NCBI RefSeq assembly: GCF_033153115.1
Contig: NW_026889779.1
Location: 15,438,001-15,502,000 of the forward strand
Direction: 5' to 3'
Source of the DNA: Saccostrea echinata
Lineage: Eukaryota
DNA: 64,000 nt
The first letter of the stretch is position 1, and every line of letters starts with the position of its first letter. Positions 25,101-46,151 of this stretch are shown in pieces. Both the position numbers and the translations under genes were made by a program. Under the pieces are notes generated by a model. It worked only from the letters and a program-made list of their open reading frames with translations, made no database searches and was not told the DNA's origin.

Positions 25101-28100
25101 TTTACTGTTTCCTGGAGGACCAAATGCTATAGTGCTGCAGAAAGAAAAATGCAATTAACTATCACATACACTGCTTATTCCTTCTTTTCATCAATATCTG
25201 TCAAATGATGCAACACAGTTACAGTAAAATCTGAAATGACCCCAATTATAAAACGAACAAATAATAAAATTATGAATCAAACAGCATGCTTACTAAAAGT
25301 CAATTTTCGGCAATAAACTTTTTTTCTTTTTAATTTGCCTCTGGAGATAATCACAGACTTCTTCATGTTTTCTGCCAAATGCCAGCATTAGCGGAGTTTT
25401 CCCATTCTTATCTGCAATCTCAACCTCCACACCATCCTACAATACAGCAGCATGTGTATCATCAGTATGTTACCACTCATAGATACCCAACCACAAATTA
25501 AAGAACTAGGAAGTCATTTTCTACCTGTTCACAGAGTTCTGTTACAGCTGTCAAGCTTCCATTAATGCATGCTAAATGAAGAGGTGTCTGCCCGTAGTTG
25601 TCTTTTTGACGAGGATTAAAGCCCGAGTAAATCAGCAGTCTCATAAGCTCAGAATGACCTACAATAAAATAGAAGTATGTTTATCAGTCTTATTAATTTG
25701 TCATAAAAAGAAAACACAAAACAAGCATAATATTTGAATAGGAAAATGTATCAAATGGGTATAAGACAAAGATGAATCTGATTGTCATTATATTGAAAAA
25801 CTAGAGTTAAATTCTCAGTGGAGGTCTTTCTCCAAAGATTCTTTTATGAAACATCTAGTATTTGACTTCTGAATTATAACTTACAGGACTTTCTTTTTAA
25901 ACATACCTTTAAAGGATGCCCAGTGTAAAGCATTATCTCCATCTTTGTCAACCATTTGTAGGCGGGCTCCCTTGCCCATTAAATACCCTGCTAACATCGT
26001 ATGCCCATACTGACACGCCACTATCAGTGGTGTACAACCCTTTAAATCAGCTGTGTCAATGTTCACTCCATACTGAAGTAAAACATCCACAATGTTAATG
26101 TGTCCATTCACACATGCCCAGTGGATAGGGTGGGCACCCAGTTCATTATTGCTTGGCTGATCTACTGGACCTTTACTGTCCATAATGAATCTGAGAATTG
26201 TCAGGTGACCCCCGAGGCATGCCCAGTGAGCAGGTGTGTGACCTTTCTCATCTTGCATATTGAAAACTTCAGGTCCATCCTCAGCTACAGTTTGAACTGG
26301 AACCAATAATCTAAAAATTTATAAACAAAATGATGACAATAAATTAATCTGGAAATAGACAAATTAAAATTTGGTAACTGAGTAAAGAAGATTTTAATAA
26401 GCCAAGAATTCTAAATATGGAAGAAACAATTGGACACAGTTGACTCAAAAAATGAGCAGATATTTTTTTCCAGATATTAACCCCCCCCCCCCTTTCAAAT
26501 ATATTGGTTTTAAATCTATTACAATTTACCCACTGGCTTAGACCAATGATATTACAAGTTTACTCTTAACTCAATCGCACCTAACTATATTCTGAAATTA
26601 AAATGCAAAATTCCTGTCAGAAAAAAAAAAAATTCCCTATAGTTTCTTGATCCATTATTAGTTTCATCTTGAAAAAATTAGGACAGTCATCAAACTGATT
26701 GATTGATACATTAAAATTACTAACTGTCAACAATATCAATATCTTAGTACACATATATTAAAAGATAAACAGGAAAAGTACAGGTGCCCAAATATATCTG
26801 AAATTAACAAATATCAATTTTACATCCTATTAGTAAATATTGTATTATATGCAAAATCCAATTAAAAGGAAAATTTCAGAAACCCTTAATCAAACAAAGA
26901 GCATCTCTTAATTCACAAATTACATTTTACACAGTTTAGCTCTAAGAAACATATTAAAGTCTTATTAATCCAAATTTACAAGTCTCTTTGTTCTGCTGAA
27001 TAGTTCAACAGTTAGAATAAATCAGTCTTGTTGCCAGTATGACCGCATCCTTTAAACCTGCAGCCAATAATAAGTTTTTACTCTGATTCTCAAAAAACAT
27101 GTGTGGTTTTAATATGGCAGGACCTTAAATTGATGATATGTAGTTACAGAATGCATCAATGACATCACTAATACAAATGCATAAATCCTTAGAAATCTGT
27201 CAGTGAATAAAAAATAAATTTCTGTTTTAAAACTATCACAATTGCAGCTATAATTCCCCAAATCCATAGTTTAAATTTTATCACAAACTACAGATGTAAA
27301 AGGAAATGACATTATCCTAACCATTTCTATCAGTTGGATCTTAACTTCCTTCCTAATCTTAATAGGTAAACCCAGTCTTCATCTACTCCATTTCCTCATC
27401 ACCCTTGACTTCTGAATATAATAAATTCTTACTCCTATTGATTACAATTAGAGGTTTTTTTTTTTTTAAATTTTCTTTTTTTTTTTCAATATACACACTA
27501 TGATGCATGAAGTCAATGATGTCAATGAAGATATAAATGATTGTGTAATTCTTTGTTTCATCAAAGATACATATATACCCACAGTTTAGTTAGATAACCT
27601 GTATTCAGTTTAATAGTTACAGTGGAGTCTTGGTAATCTTAACGCCAACAATACAGACTTTTAACCTTCCAAACAAAATTTGTGGGGAACAGAATTAACA
27701 TTTGTAGCTACCAATTATAAAAGATACATTTCTTTAAACATCAATTATGAATATCGTGAAATTATTAGTTAAATGATTTATTTAACCATTTCAATGTCCT
27801 TATGTTCATGTCTGGACACTCAGTCATCCAGACAAGTCTTCTGATTAACAAGGCTCCACTGTTTACTTATTTTTTTAATTCTTAAAGTTTGGCATACTGT
27901 TTAACTTTAGTATCCCACTGACATGTTAGACACCAGGAAAATAGCAGATTGAGTTAACAGTCCTTACTTAATTGTGAGTTTTTAAGTTCTAAAAGTCAAA
28001 TATCTTGAAGAATTTTATTAGACCTCACTTGTTAATGTTTGGGATACATTCAAATACAATTTTATTTTTGTACTTACACCAGCAAGATTCATTGCTTACT

Positions 28101-30015
28101 TATACTATTAGGTATTTCTTTCTGAATTTAAAAAATAACAATACTATCTCATTTAAACCAGATATAAATTGTTCATCAGAATTATATACTTTTATGTGCC
28201 AAGTTTTATTACAATTCAACCAAAAAATACACAGCAATTATAAATATCATGAAATTATTAGTTAAATAATTTATTAAACCATTTCAATGTACTTGTTCAT
28301 GTTGTTGAAACCAAAGAAACATTGAATTGTTCCTTTACAGTCTCCAAGATTTAAAAAAAAAATTGGCAAACTTAACACTAAAAAAAAAAAACATGTTCAC
28401 ACAAAAACAGACCAATGAATTATGGACACTGTACAAATGACATTAACTTCTTTGCTCTTCAGAAAAAGCAAAAATGATGGGAATATAAATCATTTTGGTC
28501 TCATAATTATTCCCAACTTTTTAGGTAGCTGTTTTTTTTACAATCATTTTTACACTACTATAGCAATTTTTAGTTCTTAGAGTATTTATAACATGATAGG
28601 CAACGGTTGTATGTTCGTTCGCACTAAAACTTGTTCACCCTTGAAGCCGTTCGCCCTCATTCACGTTTGCCCAGAGTCCGATCGCCCTAAAACTTGTTCG
28701 CACAGGGTCCGTTCACCTTATTTATATCACAGAAAGTTGAATAATGAACCAATGGATTTTTTAAATAAATTATATGTACATTGGTACATAAATTGCTCAC
28801 AAAAGAAGTATGCATGTGGTCACACTATAAATACCTGTCCTATCAAAGACCCGGCAGACCAACAGAAATCAACGTCTCAGTCCTTTAATTGTTTTCAAAA
28901 CATAACGCAGATTGTATGATCCCCTAATTTACAGTGACATTATTAAGTATAATTAAAGCAATTTAGCATGTAAAGAGCATAAATATCAAATTTGAATTAT
29001 TTAATTAAAATTACGGTAAATAAAAAAAATTCTGTAGCAACATTTGAAAAAAACACCAAGTCGTAAAATTGAATAAAATTAATAATAAATGTTGATATTT
29101 ACTATATACTATATATATAATAGGACGAACGAGATATACGGCGAACAAGAATAATGGCAAACGGACCCTGCGCGAACGGACTCATGCGAACAGGTAGATA
29201 GGGCCAACGAACCTGATACCATGGGCAACTATGTTTTTTTTTCCTGACTGCCTTAAAATTTTGCACTGAAATCAACAATTCTTTCCTACTAAGCCTTAAG
29301 CAAAGATCTGTGAGATTCTCAGACATGATTTCATATATTGTGACCTCAGCACAAAACAAAAAAAAAAGGTTTGGTCACCAAGCTGTCATTTTTTTTAAAA
29401 ATAACATTTCATTATCATAATACAATATATAAAAGGGACAGGTCTATATAAAACCCATTTTCAAATATAGGTCCCTCAACATGTAAATTAATGAATTTGC
29501 CTCAGCAAAATGTATATTCTAAGTAAATAAATAAAATAGAGTAAAACTACAGGCATATACTAAGTATATTCTGTATGAAATGAGTCTTTACTTAATACAT
29601 AAACCTATGGTCAAGTTGGTCAAGTTTGTACATGAACATAGCAACGGTATAAACAATGTAAAAACAATATTTCTGTCACACATAAATCTCTCTTTTTATA
29701 AGCTCTTTACACTTAACAAATGCATTTAAATATTTTAGAGCATATTCTTGACATTTGTGTACTTTTTTCCTTCTTACATGAAATTTCCTCGACAACTACA
29801 AGTTTAGAAAATAAACCGGATAGAGTATTAGTTCGGATCTTTTACCTTAATTATCGACTTCATACTTACCCAGATTTTACTGCTGCAAATATAGGGTGAT
29901 CTTTACTTGAATTTGCATTATCTCCTGCACAGCATGCACCTTCAGGAGTGTGGTTGTGTGCCTTTTTTTCCGAGTTTTTACCAACTCCTAGTCCTAGTAG
30001 ATCCATGCCTGACAT
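18973..30015 (-). CDS. Ankyrin-repeat DHHC palmitoyltransferase (ZDHHC13/17, HIP14/Patsas-like) with alternative C-terminal exons
   Basis: Exons 30015-29870, 26310-25907, 25658-25525 and 25436-25294 (ankyrin repeats: [48 protein letters not shown]); 25134-25038 and 24666-24514 (TM segments, DPG); 24111-23939 ([38 protein letters not shown]); then 21912-21747 or 21380-21212; then 19158-18973 or 20889-20692. All phases are compatible. Confidence 0.93.
20692..20889 (-). CDS. DHHC alternative terminal exon X (TTxE and PaCCT-type tail); not in the ORF track
   Basis: ttttttctcttattttcag|GTT TAT...; [65 protein letters not shown]. Confidence 0.85.
   Translation of the reverse strand, partial: VYSIIKNLTTNEQLKYKRYAHMKDKDGKLFNPFDGGPKRNFLDFFFIKLHPTDENGDYIFINLPS
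21212..21380 (-). CDS. DHHC TM3-TM4 exon variant B (phase 2 to 0)
   Basis: cttcttgtgtttttcag|A GTT TCA TTT ... TAC CTG|gtaagc; [57 protein letters not shown]. Confidence 0.85.
21747..21912 (-). CDS. DHHC TM3-TM4 exon variant A (phase 2 to 0)
   Basis: ttctgttgtag|G CCC TGG TTC ... CTC ATG|gtaaga; [56 protein letters not shown]. Confidence 0.88.
28605..29220. mobile_element. Degenerate non-autonomous DNA transposon with GTTCGC/GCGAAC subterminal repeats
   Basis: Multiple gttcgc-like motifs at 28612-28716, mirrored by gcgaac-like motifs at 29127-29212. Confidence 0.5.
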
Positions 30016-30276
30016 GCTATGAATCGGCGGTGTTGCGGCAGTGTCTTGATATATAGGATTAGGACTAATTATCGAAAAAAGGAAAAACATGTATAGTGTT
30101 GGTATGCGGAAAAAATGTTTGCTTCTATAACTAATATATTTTTTGTACAATATCAAATGTAACATGTTCTTGATTAGTATTTTTGTGCCAATAAAATACC
30201 TCTAAATATATTTCGTTTTGAACATTTTTAATTTCCTATATTTTGAATATGAATGCGCATGCGTCATATGAACATA
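30016..30276. promoter_or_regulatory. Bidirectional promoter between the DHHC gene and RBX1
   Basis: Divergent ATGs with 261 bp between them; NRF1-like TGCGCATGCG at 30254-30263; YY1-like ATAATGGCGGC overlapping the RBX1 ATG. Confidence 0.7.
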
Positions 30277-37223
<6,947 letters not shown>

Positions 37224-38194
37224 AAGAGATCCACAGTTATTTCCATTCAAAATTGGAGGGAAAGTGTTAATTTTATTGAAACAAAAATACTTAAACACTC
37301 ACTAAAGTTATTAGTTACTGTGCTTTAAGAAGGAAAAATCAGTTATTGTCAGAAATAGCATTTTAAAAGAATACTTTATAATACAATAAGAAGACATATG
37401 GTATTTGTATGTACATTTTTAATAATTACATGTATACATATTATACATGTATATAGTAACGTGCCCCCCAAAAAAGATATAAGAAGTATTTTGTGTACAT
37501 GTATGATGTGTTTGAAATTAATAAATTAAGCATAGAAAACATTCTTACTGGCTTTAAGTCTTAAGGGACCTTTCTGATCAAACATTTACTATCATTTGTC
37601 TTTTATGTTCAGTATGTTTTTTCATCTATAAAAATCTTCTTCACAAAAACAAATTGTCTATGTTTAGTCACATTAATATGCAAGCATTCTCAGGTAGTGC
37701 AGATTCAAATTTGTTCACAGTGGTTTTGTTGGAATATACAGGAAACAATCTTGAAATCTCAAAATTCAGCAGGACCATGATTAGTCTTATTGATCAGATT
37801 CAAATTTCTACAAATCATGGCTGGAGGGTTAATGTGGGGCCATAAACCATGACACTAGGTAGACTGACAGTAGGGGGTCAAATATTAACTTGGAATATAT
37901 AGGGAAAAATCTTTAGTGCAGATTCAAGTTTGATCAAGTCATGGCCCATGGCCAGAAAGGGACTGGTATGTGTATTTTTAAAATTTTGCATTATAACATA
38001 ATAAATATTTAGGATTAATCATTTAGGTCACCTCAACAAAGTTTTTAGAGCTTATGTAATATCCATAGTATCAGCATCCCAGGTTAAAGTTTTTGGATTA
38101 AATTTCTTTTCAAGTACTTCTATGCCTTATATTGATCAGGGAAGCATGGACAGTGCTTCTTGTATATTTCATTGTACCAATCAGGTTTCAGATG

Positions 38195-38320
38195 CTGCAT
38201 TTTCAGCCAAAGATGTTGAAATCTCTGTAACATCAACTTATTTGTCAGTAGTTGTTGGGAGACATAAACACCATATGTAGGTGATAATGGAATATTACTA
38301 CATAAATAAGGAAATGTGAC
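38195..38320 (-). mobile_element. Fragment of a Penelope-like retroelement ORF
   Basis: Minus-strand FPYLCSNIPLSPTYGVYVSQ..LLTNKL resembles the post-RT region of Penelope-like elements (recognised from memory, not searched). Confidence 0.5.
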
Positions 38321-38329
38321 CAAAAATAC

Positions 38330-39490
38330 AGGATGATACATCCGAGGATGCAAACTACCAGGCTTGCTTTGTAAGCTGGATCTTACCTAAATTTTCAGGA
38401 TGATTGATCAGGTCAAAGTTTTTGGAGCAGGTTTATTCTGAAGAACAGTGAAATCATAAATTTTAATTATTTTCAAGGTATGAAGAGAGCCACAAATTCA
38501 TGTCCAACATGAAATGTGAAATTTCATACATATAATTACCCAACCTGTCTTCAAACATGCAATCAAATCCCCACAAACTAACATTTTTCCTTAAACCAGG
38601 AAAATTTGACCCCATGAAAGTATGTGATATTACAGTAACCATAAACCCTTTGTTGACCAGATTTACTTGGATGATACGTCTAAGGATGCACACTACCAGG
38701 CTTGCTTTAGATGCTGGATTTGACCTACATTTTCTGTTGCCCACATGGTGTAGTGGTTAGAGTGTTTGCTTTAGAGTAGCAGTGTAAGGAGTTGATCCTT
38801 ATGTTGTCGGTTCAAATCCACTGCAGGACGTGTCCGAGACCAGTCCTTGGATGAGGTTCCATGTGGCAGTAGGTGCTGGCATGAAAAAGATCCCTCACTG
38901 CTCAATGGCCCCAAGTGCGAAGTATAGATCTAAATTTTCAGCCCTCCACTAACAAGTGGAAGCGCCTCCATATGAGTGAAAAATTCTCGAGAGAGACGTG
39001 TAACATAATAAGAAACAAATATACAAAAAAAACCCTACATTTTCTAGATGAGCGACCAGGTTAAAGTTTTTGGAGCAGATTTCATTCCAAAATAACTATA
39101 AGCCCTTTGCTGACCAACCTTGCATTGATGATACATTTATTGATGCACTACTGGACTTACTTTGGATGCTGGATCTGACCCCTATATTTTCCTGATGAGT
39201 GGTGAATGACCAAGTTTTGGAAGCAGGTCTTTTACCAAGAAACTATCAGGCATATTTGGACCAGACTTGCATGGAATGTACACTATTGGACTTGCTTCAG
39301 GTGCTGACCTACATTTTCTGGTGAGTGACCAGTTTAAAGATGGCTCATTCCAGTGTAACTGAAGTGTGATGTTCACCAAACTTGCATGGATTTTGCATAT
39401 AGTGATGCACACTATTAGACTTCGGATGCTGGGTTTGACCTACATTTCCTGAATGAGTGACCAGGTTAAAGTGTTTGGAGCAGGTTGTAA
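38330..39490 (+). repeat. Degenerate tandem array (HINE-type) interrupted by a SINE
   Basis: Recurrent gatgcacactac..gcttgcttt..atgctggat.tgacctacatttt..gaccaggttaaagtttttggagcagg. Confidence 0.55.
38740..39025 (+). mobile_element. Meta-type SINE copy (diverged)
   Basis: tggtgtagtggttagag...ggttcaaatcc...aaaagatccctcactgctcaatggcc...gagtgaaaaattctcgaga. Confidence 0.75.
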
Positions 39491-39951
39491 CTTCAAGCCT
39501 AACCTTCAAAAAATTACAAATCTTGATTGTTCTTTTTATCACTCAGCCTATTAAGTTAAACCTTCAGTGATAAACAGTGTAACATGTGCATTTGAGGTAT
39601 CTACTTATTCCTATCTGTTTACAGTATCTGTCTACTTATGAAAGCTTCAATTGGATTGGTGTTTCTCAATGAAAGAAGGAAGCCCCCCCTCAAGAAAAGA
39701 ATGAAGTTTTTCAGGGGTCCCATGGCAACTAGTTGACTCAGTAACTCAGGGCCCCTGATGTTGAGAGGATGACAATATTATAGAGGGAAAAATCTGCTGA
39801 AGAACAGCAGGGTCAAAGTGATTCAGGTGAGCATTGTGGCCTCTTGTTTTGTCCCCCCCCCCCTCTTCAACTGAAAATGCTACCTATGGGCTTGCATTGT
39901 ATGGAAAGGAAGAAGGGGCATGAGTGAGCAGCATGGAACTTTAGGTAATGA

Positions 39952-41295
39952 AAACAAGAGGCCCATGGGTCACAATTCTCACCTGACCCACCCTGGTCTT
40001 GCTGTTTCTTCAAAAGTTTTTCCTACTCATTATTCTAATGTAGAATGTTGACCAGACCCCATATTGTGGCCCCAAAGGGTTTATGATTTAACTGAACTTC
40101 AATCGACACGAAATTAGGATATTTTAAAATCAATATCAATATGATTATCATTGCTATTCTGGAGAAATTTTTTTTTTAAAGAAATTTTCCTGTACACGTG
40201 CATTATGAACATTTTCTCCAATTTTAAGCCCATCTTATTTAAAAGTCCATTATTTAAAAGAAAAAAAATGAATCCATACAACTTAAGAATGTACACATGA
40301 CAATCTGATTTGGCTCAGCTTCTTTTGAAAAGATTTGTTCCTAAATACACACCTGTTAAAATCTGTGAAATTTTATAGCCCCACCCTACCTCTGGGGATC
40401 CTTCAGTTTGTCGGATGAATGCCATGGTTTGAGAAAAAACAAGATGTGTTTGTGAAACACTGATGCCCCCATATAGCAACCTATAGTGAAGGTTAAACTT
40501 TCTCAGATGCAAATCAAATATGTTGGTACCCAAAGTAAGGTCTTATCCCGAGGAATATACCTGTGAAATATGAAAGTCCTAGCAGCAACCATTGAAAAGA
40601 TATGGAAAAGGTAAAAGTTTTTTCAAAAGTAAGTCAATCAAGGTCAAATGGTCAAAATTAATGGTGCCCAAGGAAAGGCTTTCTAACAACAAATACACAT
40701 GTAAAATATGAAAGCCCTTGTACCAACCGTTCTAAAGATATGGCTAAGGTTAAAGTTTTTCAAAGTAGGTCAAACTCCAAGGTCAAGGACAAAGGGTCAA
40801 AGTTGTTGGTATCCAAAGAAAGGTCTTATCACAAGGATTACACATGTGAAGTATGAAAGCCCTAGCACCAACTGTTAAAAAGTTATGGCCAAGGTTAAAG
40901 TTGGGTAAAATTTTCTAAAACTGGGTCAAACTCCAAGGTCAAGGTCAAATATGATGGTACCCAAAGAAAGTCTTGTAACAAGGAATACACATGTCAAATA
41001 TGAAAGCTATAGCTCCAACCAATCAAAAGTTATTAGCAATGTTAAAGTTTTTGCGGACAATCAGACGTACGGACATGGCAAAATCTATATACCCCCGAAT
41101 CTTACGGTGGCATAAAAATGAATCTCCACTTGAAGATAGCATTCAAACTGAAAAACTTAAATCCTCTTCACCCAAGAATGTTTTGTGAAATTGGTCTAGT
41201 GGTTCAGGAAAAGAAGTCGAATATATAAAAAGTTTACAGACTGGCGGACGCCTATCAAAAACTCCCTGGTATTTCAGCTCAGGTGAGCTTAAAAA
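39952..41295 (-). mobile_element. Degenerate HINE hosting a second HINE (40437-41118)
   Basis: Outer ends aaacaagaggcccatgggtcac and tcagctcaggtgagcttaaaa; inner ends aacaagatgtgtttgtgaaacactgatgcccc and ggcataaaaa. Confidence 0.65.
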
Positions 41296-43152
41296 AAAAG
41301 CTGATTCAGTGGTCTATTTAGAGTTTGAAATTTTCTTTGTAATGTACCTAAACGTGACTTTGAATAGTTATCGTTAAGTTTGACAGACTATCAAATAATC
41401 GAGAGCTAACTACTGCACGTAGTAGGTACATGTATATTCAGGTAAAGGTGCATTTAATCTCACCAGCAAGGTCATTTTTGTGGAAATGTCGTGCACCCGA
41501 TTAAAGGGAATTTGTCGGAAATAGCAGGCCCGTAGGAAGCAATTTCAGTCTGAGGGGAACATCCATACATTTTCAGAGTTTCATTATTATTGGGGGCGCA
41601 AAAGCATATAGTAGCTATGTTTTCTATAATATTCTATATATCGACAAAATTATTGGTCCCCCCCCCCCCCCCCGGTTCCTACGGCCTTAGTACATAAATT
41701 AGAAAAAAATATAGGGACCATATAAAGGTTATATACATGTATTTGAACCACCGGACTTTTGTTATTATTGACCATTACATTTAATTAGTTGATTTTTTTT
41801 AACACTTAACAGTTTTGTACATTAATAAATGTATTATTTTATGTTCTTGAAAATTCTAGAAGAACGTAAGAATTAAGGTCTAAAACCCACTTACATTCTT
41901 TTGTTGGGGAATTCGTGTCAAAGATGTTAGAAAGATGAAACACTAGAGACATTTAGAGCCGTCCATTCAAGAATAACCAGGGAAGAAACAAGATGCTGAA
42001 CTTTAACTGATCCCCATCTACAACATTAACCGACTTTCAAACTGTTGCCTAGTATTGGTCGAGTTCAACCACCTCGGGTCGTATTTCCCCGTGGTGTCTG
42101 TGACCTTATATTGCAATGTACAAGTTTTCAAACCTACTTTTATGTGGTTATGTGACCGATATTAGATTAGTTTAAGCATTTCACATGTATACCTTCTCCC
42201 CCCGCTTTTTTTTTCTCTCCAGCTGAACCACTGCATTAGTATATGCTATATTTTTCTGCTTTGAAGTATTAGGTGTTGCAGTAATCTTTTCAATTATTGC
42301 AATCTATATAAATATTTAACGTTATATTTGTTTACTCATGTGATGCTTTCTAGACATTCCTTACCTCTTATAATACTAAATCTATGACTGATAAATTAAA
42401 TGTACTTCTGTGATCTGTACATTTGATACATTAAAAGTTTAAATCTAAAGTTTAAACTTACCTATAACTATCTATAGATAAGAATAAAACTTTAAACTTT
42501 TAATGTAACAAATATACTACATTATCTCTTATGTGCGATGAATTACATATCATATGTATATAGTACACATATGGGCTATAGTACAGCAAATATGCAGTTA
42601 ATTTACATGTACTCTTATTTATTTAAGTAATATCTGTATTTAACCACATACATTCTTATAAGACACTGGACACAAATCACGTAAAAAATTGAGAAATTTA
42701 AAAATTATATATTTTTTCAGAAGAAAATTGCTACAACTGACTGGCATATTGTATGTAAAATATCATATATATAGGGTCATTCACCATCAGACATTCCTCT
42801 GGGTTTACAGAACTATATCGTTGTTAAATCAACAGAATAATTCACCGACTTTCTGATAAGATATACACACAAACTTGTAATTATTTACTTAGAAGATTTA
42901 ACAAGTGATTTGAGGTAATGTTGCAACAAGTGATTTGAGGTAATGTTGCCTGTGCTATAAATGCACATTTTTTGAAGTTGTGGAAGCCCTACCCAAAATA
43001 ATTTACCAAATCAAAATCTACCAAAAAAAAATGAAAACCTAAAGTAAATAGAGTCCCAATCATTTTATATTAAACTGTAAAGGATTTTCATCTACGGTAC
43101 TAAAATTAAATAAGTGCTTCGAACTTTCTTTTGTGGCTGGTGTCTTAAGGAA

Positions 43153-44469
43153 TCAGGTCAACCAGTTGCAGTAACTGAAAACGTGCACGTGTCCTGTTGC
43201 GTTTCCAACCCAGAGTTTGCCATCACGATCTAACCCTAACGAACACGGTCGTTCTATACCGCAATCAGTGTCAACTAAGAACTGAGAAAATTGTCCATTA
43301 GTGTCCAGCAAATGGACACGGTCATTATTCCAGTCCGCCACAATAATATTGCCGTACTGATCAACTTGGGTACCGAGGGGATAGAAAGGGTTTTCCAATT
43401 CGATGTTCCGTTCATTTTTTCCATTGTACGTACACTGTACTTTGCATGTATTGTCCATAATAACAAGCTGTCGTTTATTGTTTTTGCTGTAGTCTGAAAA
43501 ACATAATTTGTCTTCGCTTATTAATCCTAGTCGATGAGGATCGTGGGGGGAAATAGTGATGTCGGAAATCAGTGTGCCGTCTGCAGCGAATTTGGCAATC
43601 AAATGTCGCCTGTTTCTTTCCACACCACAGACATATATTTCATTGCTTTCAGCTACAGCCATGCCACGTGGAACAAAGGACAAAGTGGCAAATTTTGTAG
43701 CATTTAGCTGCTCGTCAAGACGCCATATTGAGTTGCCATTGTAACTAGAGACTAAAACATTTCCATTTCGGGTTGACACTATGTGATCGATTGCAACATC
43801 CAGTGTCACCGATACTAATGCATCTCCATCCATATTGTAGAGAACCATCTCCTTGTTTCCCCATCCACAACAGATCCACGCTTCGTTTCCCGATATTGGA
43901 GCAATTGCATGGATATTTCCAGCGGTACCCTTGGATTTAAATTTAGCCCTTCTTTCCACACCGATTGTTGGAAAAGTGTCACGTCTATTCTTCCTAATAG
44001 GCGACGGGGGTGTGATGCTGAAATTCTGCACCGATCCAAACAAAGAATTCACAAATGCTTCATTGATAACTTCTCCACTTTTAAAGTACAAGCTAATGTG
44101 TTGAATTTCAGAGAGCTGCTGTAATCTTGCTAACCATTCTTTCCTATTCCCGTTCTGGAATTTACAAATGCTTTCATCTTTTACTTCGGGTACATTCTGA
44201 TTTGATATATCGTTTTGCGAGGACAACCAAGAGATCCAAGTCTTTAGTTCCTCTTCATGGAATTCCATCTTTTTTAACTCACTGTCCAAAATCCTTTTTG
44301 TTTTTACAAGAAGGTTTTCTTTGACTTTATCAATGGCATCGTGTAAAAGTGCAGCTCTATTAATGATGTCCGCGGTTGTAACTCTTGCTGAGTCACATAA
44401 TTTGGACTTTTGTGTGACTATTTCTTCTACACAATACTGCAGAACTGGTATGAAGTTTAAAAATTCCAT
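43153..44469 (-). CDS. Intronless TRIM-like protein, 438 aa: coiled coil plus NHL/beta-propeller repeats, no RING or B-box
   Basis: Long ORF; helical N-terminal region; NHL-like repeats (PRGMAV, PHRLGL, PLGTQVDQYGNIIVADWNNDRVHLLD..GQF, PCSLGLDRDGKLWVGN); in-frame stop just upstream of the ATG. Confidence 0.85.
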   Translation of the reverse strand: MEFLNFIPVLQYCVEEIVTQKSKLCDSARVTTADIINRAALLHDAIDKVKENLLVKTKRILDSELKKMEFHEEELKTWISWLSSQNDISNQNVPEVKDESICKFQNGNRKEWLARLQQLSEIQHISLYFKSGEVINEAFVNSLFGSVQNFSITPPSPIRKNRRDTFPTIGVERRAKFKSKGTAGNIHAIAPISGNEAWICCGWGNKEMVLYNMDGDALVSVTLDVAIDHIVSTRNGNVLVSSYNGNSIWRLDEQLNATKFATLSFVPRGMAVAESNEIYVCGVERNRRHLIAKFAADGTLISDITISPHDPHRLGLISEDKLCFSDYSKNNKRQLVIMDNTCKVQCTYNGKNERNIELENPFYPLGTQVDQYGNIIVADWNNDRVHLLDTNGQFSQFLVDTDCGIERPCSLGLDRDGKLWVGNATGHVHVFSYCNWLT

Positions 44470-46151
44470 GCTCTTCTAAGTATACTTGAAACTCTGGCGG
44501 TGGGTCACCTTGACGATATAAAAAAGTATAGCTCTCATTTAATAAATGCCTGTCGGAACTCTATCGATCTCCTGGGAGCTACAAAAGATACGAACAAAAA
44601 AATGTGGGTATAAAAAATTGGCAATGCGGTGTTGATGAATGCCTAAAATTACAACTTATATAATTGCCTTCATTTACTTCTCGGTTTCATAATAAGAATG
44701 TAAACATGCAGTGGCATATAACAGAGAAAATGCAGAATGTAAACAATGACAAGTGAAGGAAATGCATTATTTGAAGAAAAATATATCATAAATGATAAAG
44801 TTAATACTGACGCTTACTTGTTAGGTGCTCCTCTAGATCTGTCCTTACTGATGTAATGTCGGGCATTTAAAACTGGAACAAAAACGAAAGCATCAATGTA
44901 TATATAGGTGAGTGAGGTGACCTACTTACTTAACACGAATTGGGTGTCCTCCAATATTTGATTAGTCTAAGTACTTTACAGTTTACACATATAGTTAAAT
45001 GCCATTTACCTACACGTATATATACTAGAACTTACAAACAAGGAGTGTACAATTATACTTTGTTTGTTAAGAAAATATCCGTCACATCAGGTCACTGAAA
45101 ATTTGGTGTTGACATTGTTTGTAAGATGTCATGCTAACATATTTAGATGACCTTTAGGTCGTTTTAAATATCAAGGGTTTTTGTGCGAAGTTATATATTA
45201 TGTACCACAGAGCTCGAGATTTGCCCCCCCCCCCCCCATTTCTTATTTGGCCCTTTGTGAAATGTGGTGGTCAAACGATCAACATGTTTACAAAACAGGT
45301 ATGCGCAATTAAAGGCAAGATAAGATATGTGTTGACCAATCTATGACCCATAGATATGCAGATTAATTTAATATTATACATATCAGCGTAAAGTTGATCC
45401 AGTCATGTGGTTATTTTATTCATGTCAGGCCTACTGCACTGTTGTCCTTAAAATATTTTAGAATAATGCATGTAGGCTAGCTGTATGAAATTAATTTATT
45501 ATAACACCAAATTTTATTTAGAAATAAAAATCGTGGGATGACTAAGGACAGATTGTACAGACAGCTGTGGATACTGCTACTAGAAAACTCTAGACTGGGT
45601 GCAGGCTCGTAGGAAGCAATTTCACGGGGGGGGGGGGGCTCAACCATACATTTTTCAGTTGGGGGGGGGGCACTATCTATAGGTGACCACGCGAGTCTTG
45701 AAATACTGGAATTGTTTTTGTAAATAAAACCAAGGGTTTAGGATACAGAAGGTTCATAAAGAAAAAAAAATTATACATGCTGCTATCCTTAAACTGTGGG
45801 ACCTACATGTACTTGTCTGCACTGAATTAAAATGACCTTGATGTACAACGAATTACATATATAACAAAAATAATGACAGACCTGGCCTTAGTAGTTGTTT
45901 ATTAATGCTGCAGTATTATTTTGTTACATATTACCTTAAAAAATCTACACCTCATGCACTCCCATTCCCACCCATATTGATGAATGCGGTTGGCATATGA
46001 CCCTTCCATTTGCTAAATTGCAAAAAAAAAAAAAGAACTTTTGATCTGGATTTTTTTTTTACCACATATTTATGGTTGGAATTATTAACTCAATCATTAT
46101 TAAATCATTGTCATAATTTAAGCTTAGCAAAATTTTTCGTCACGTTTTATA

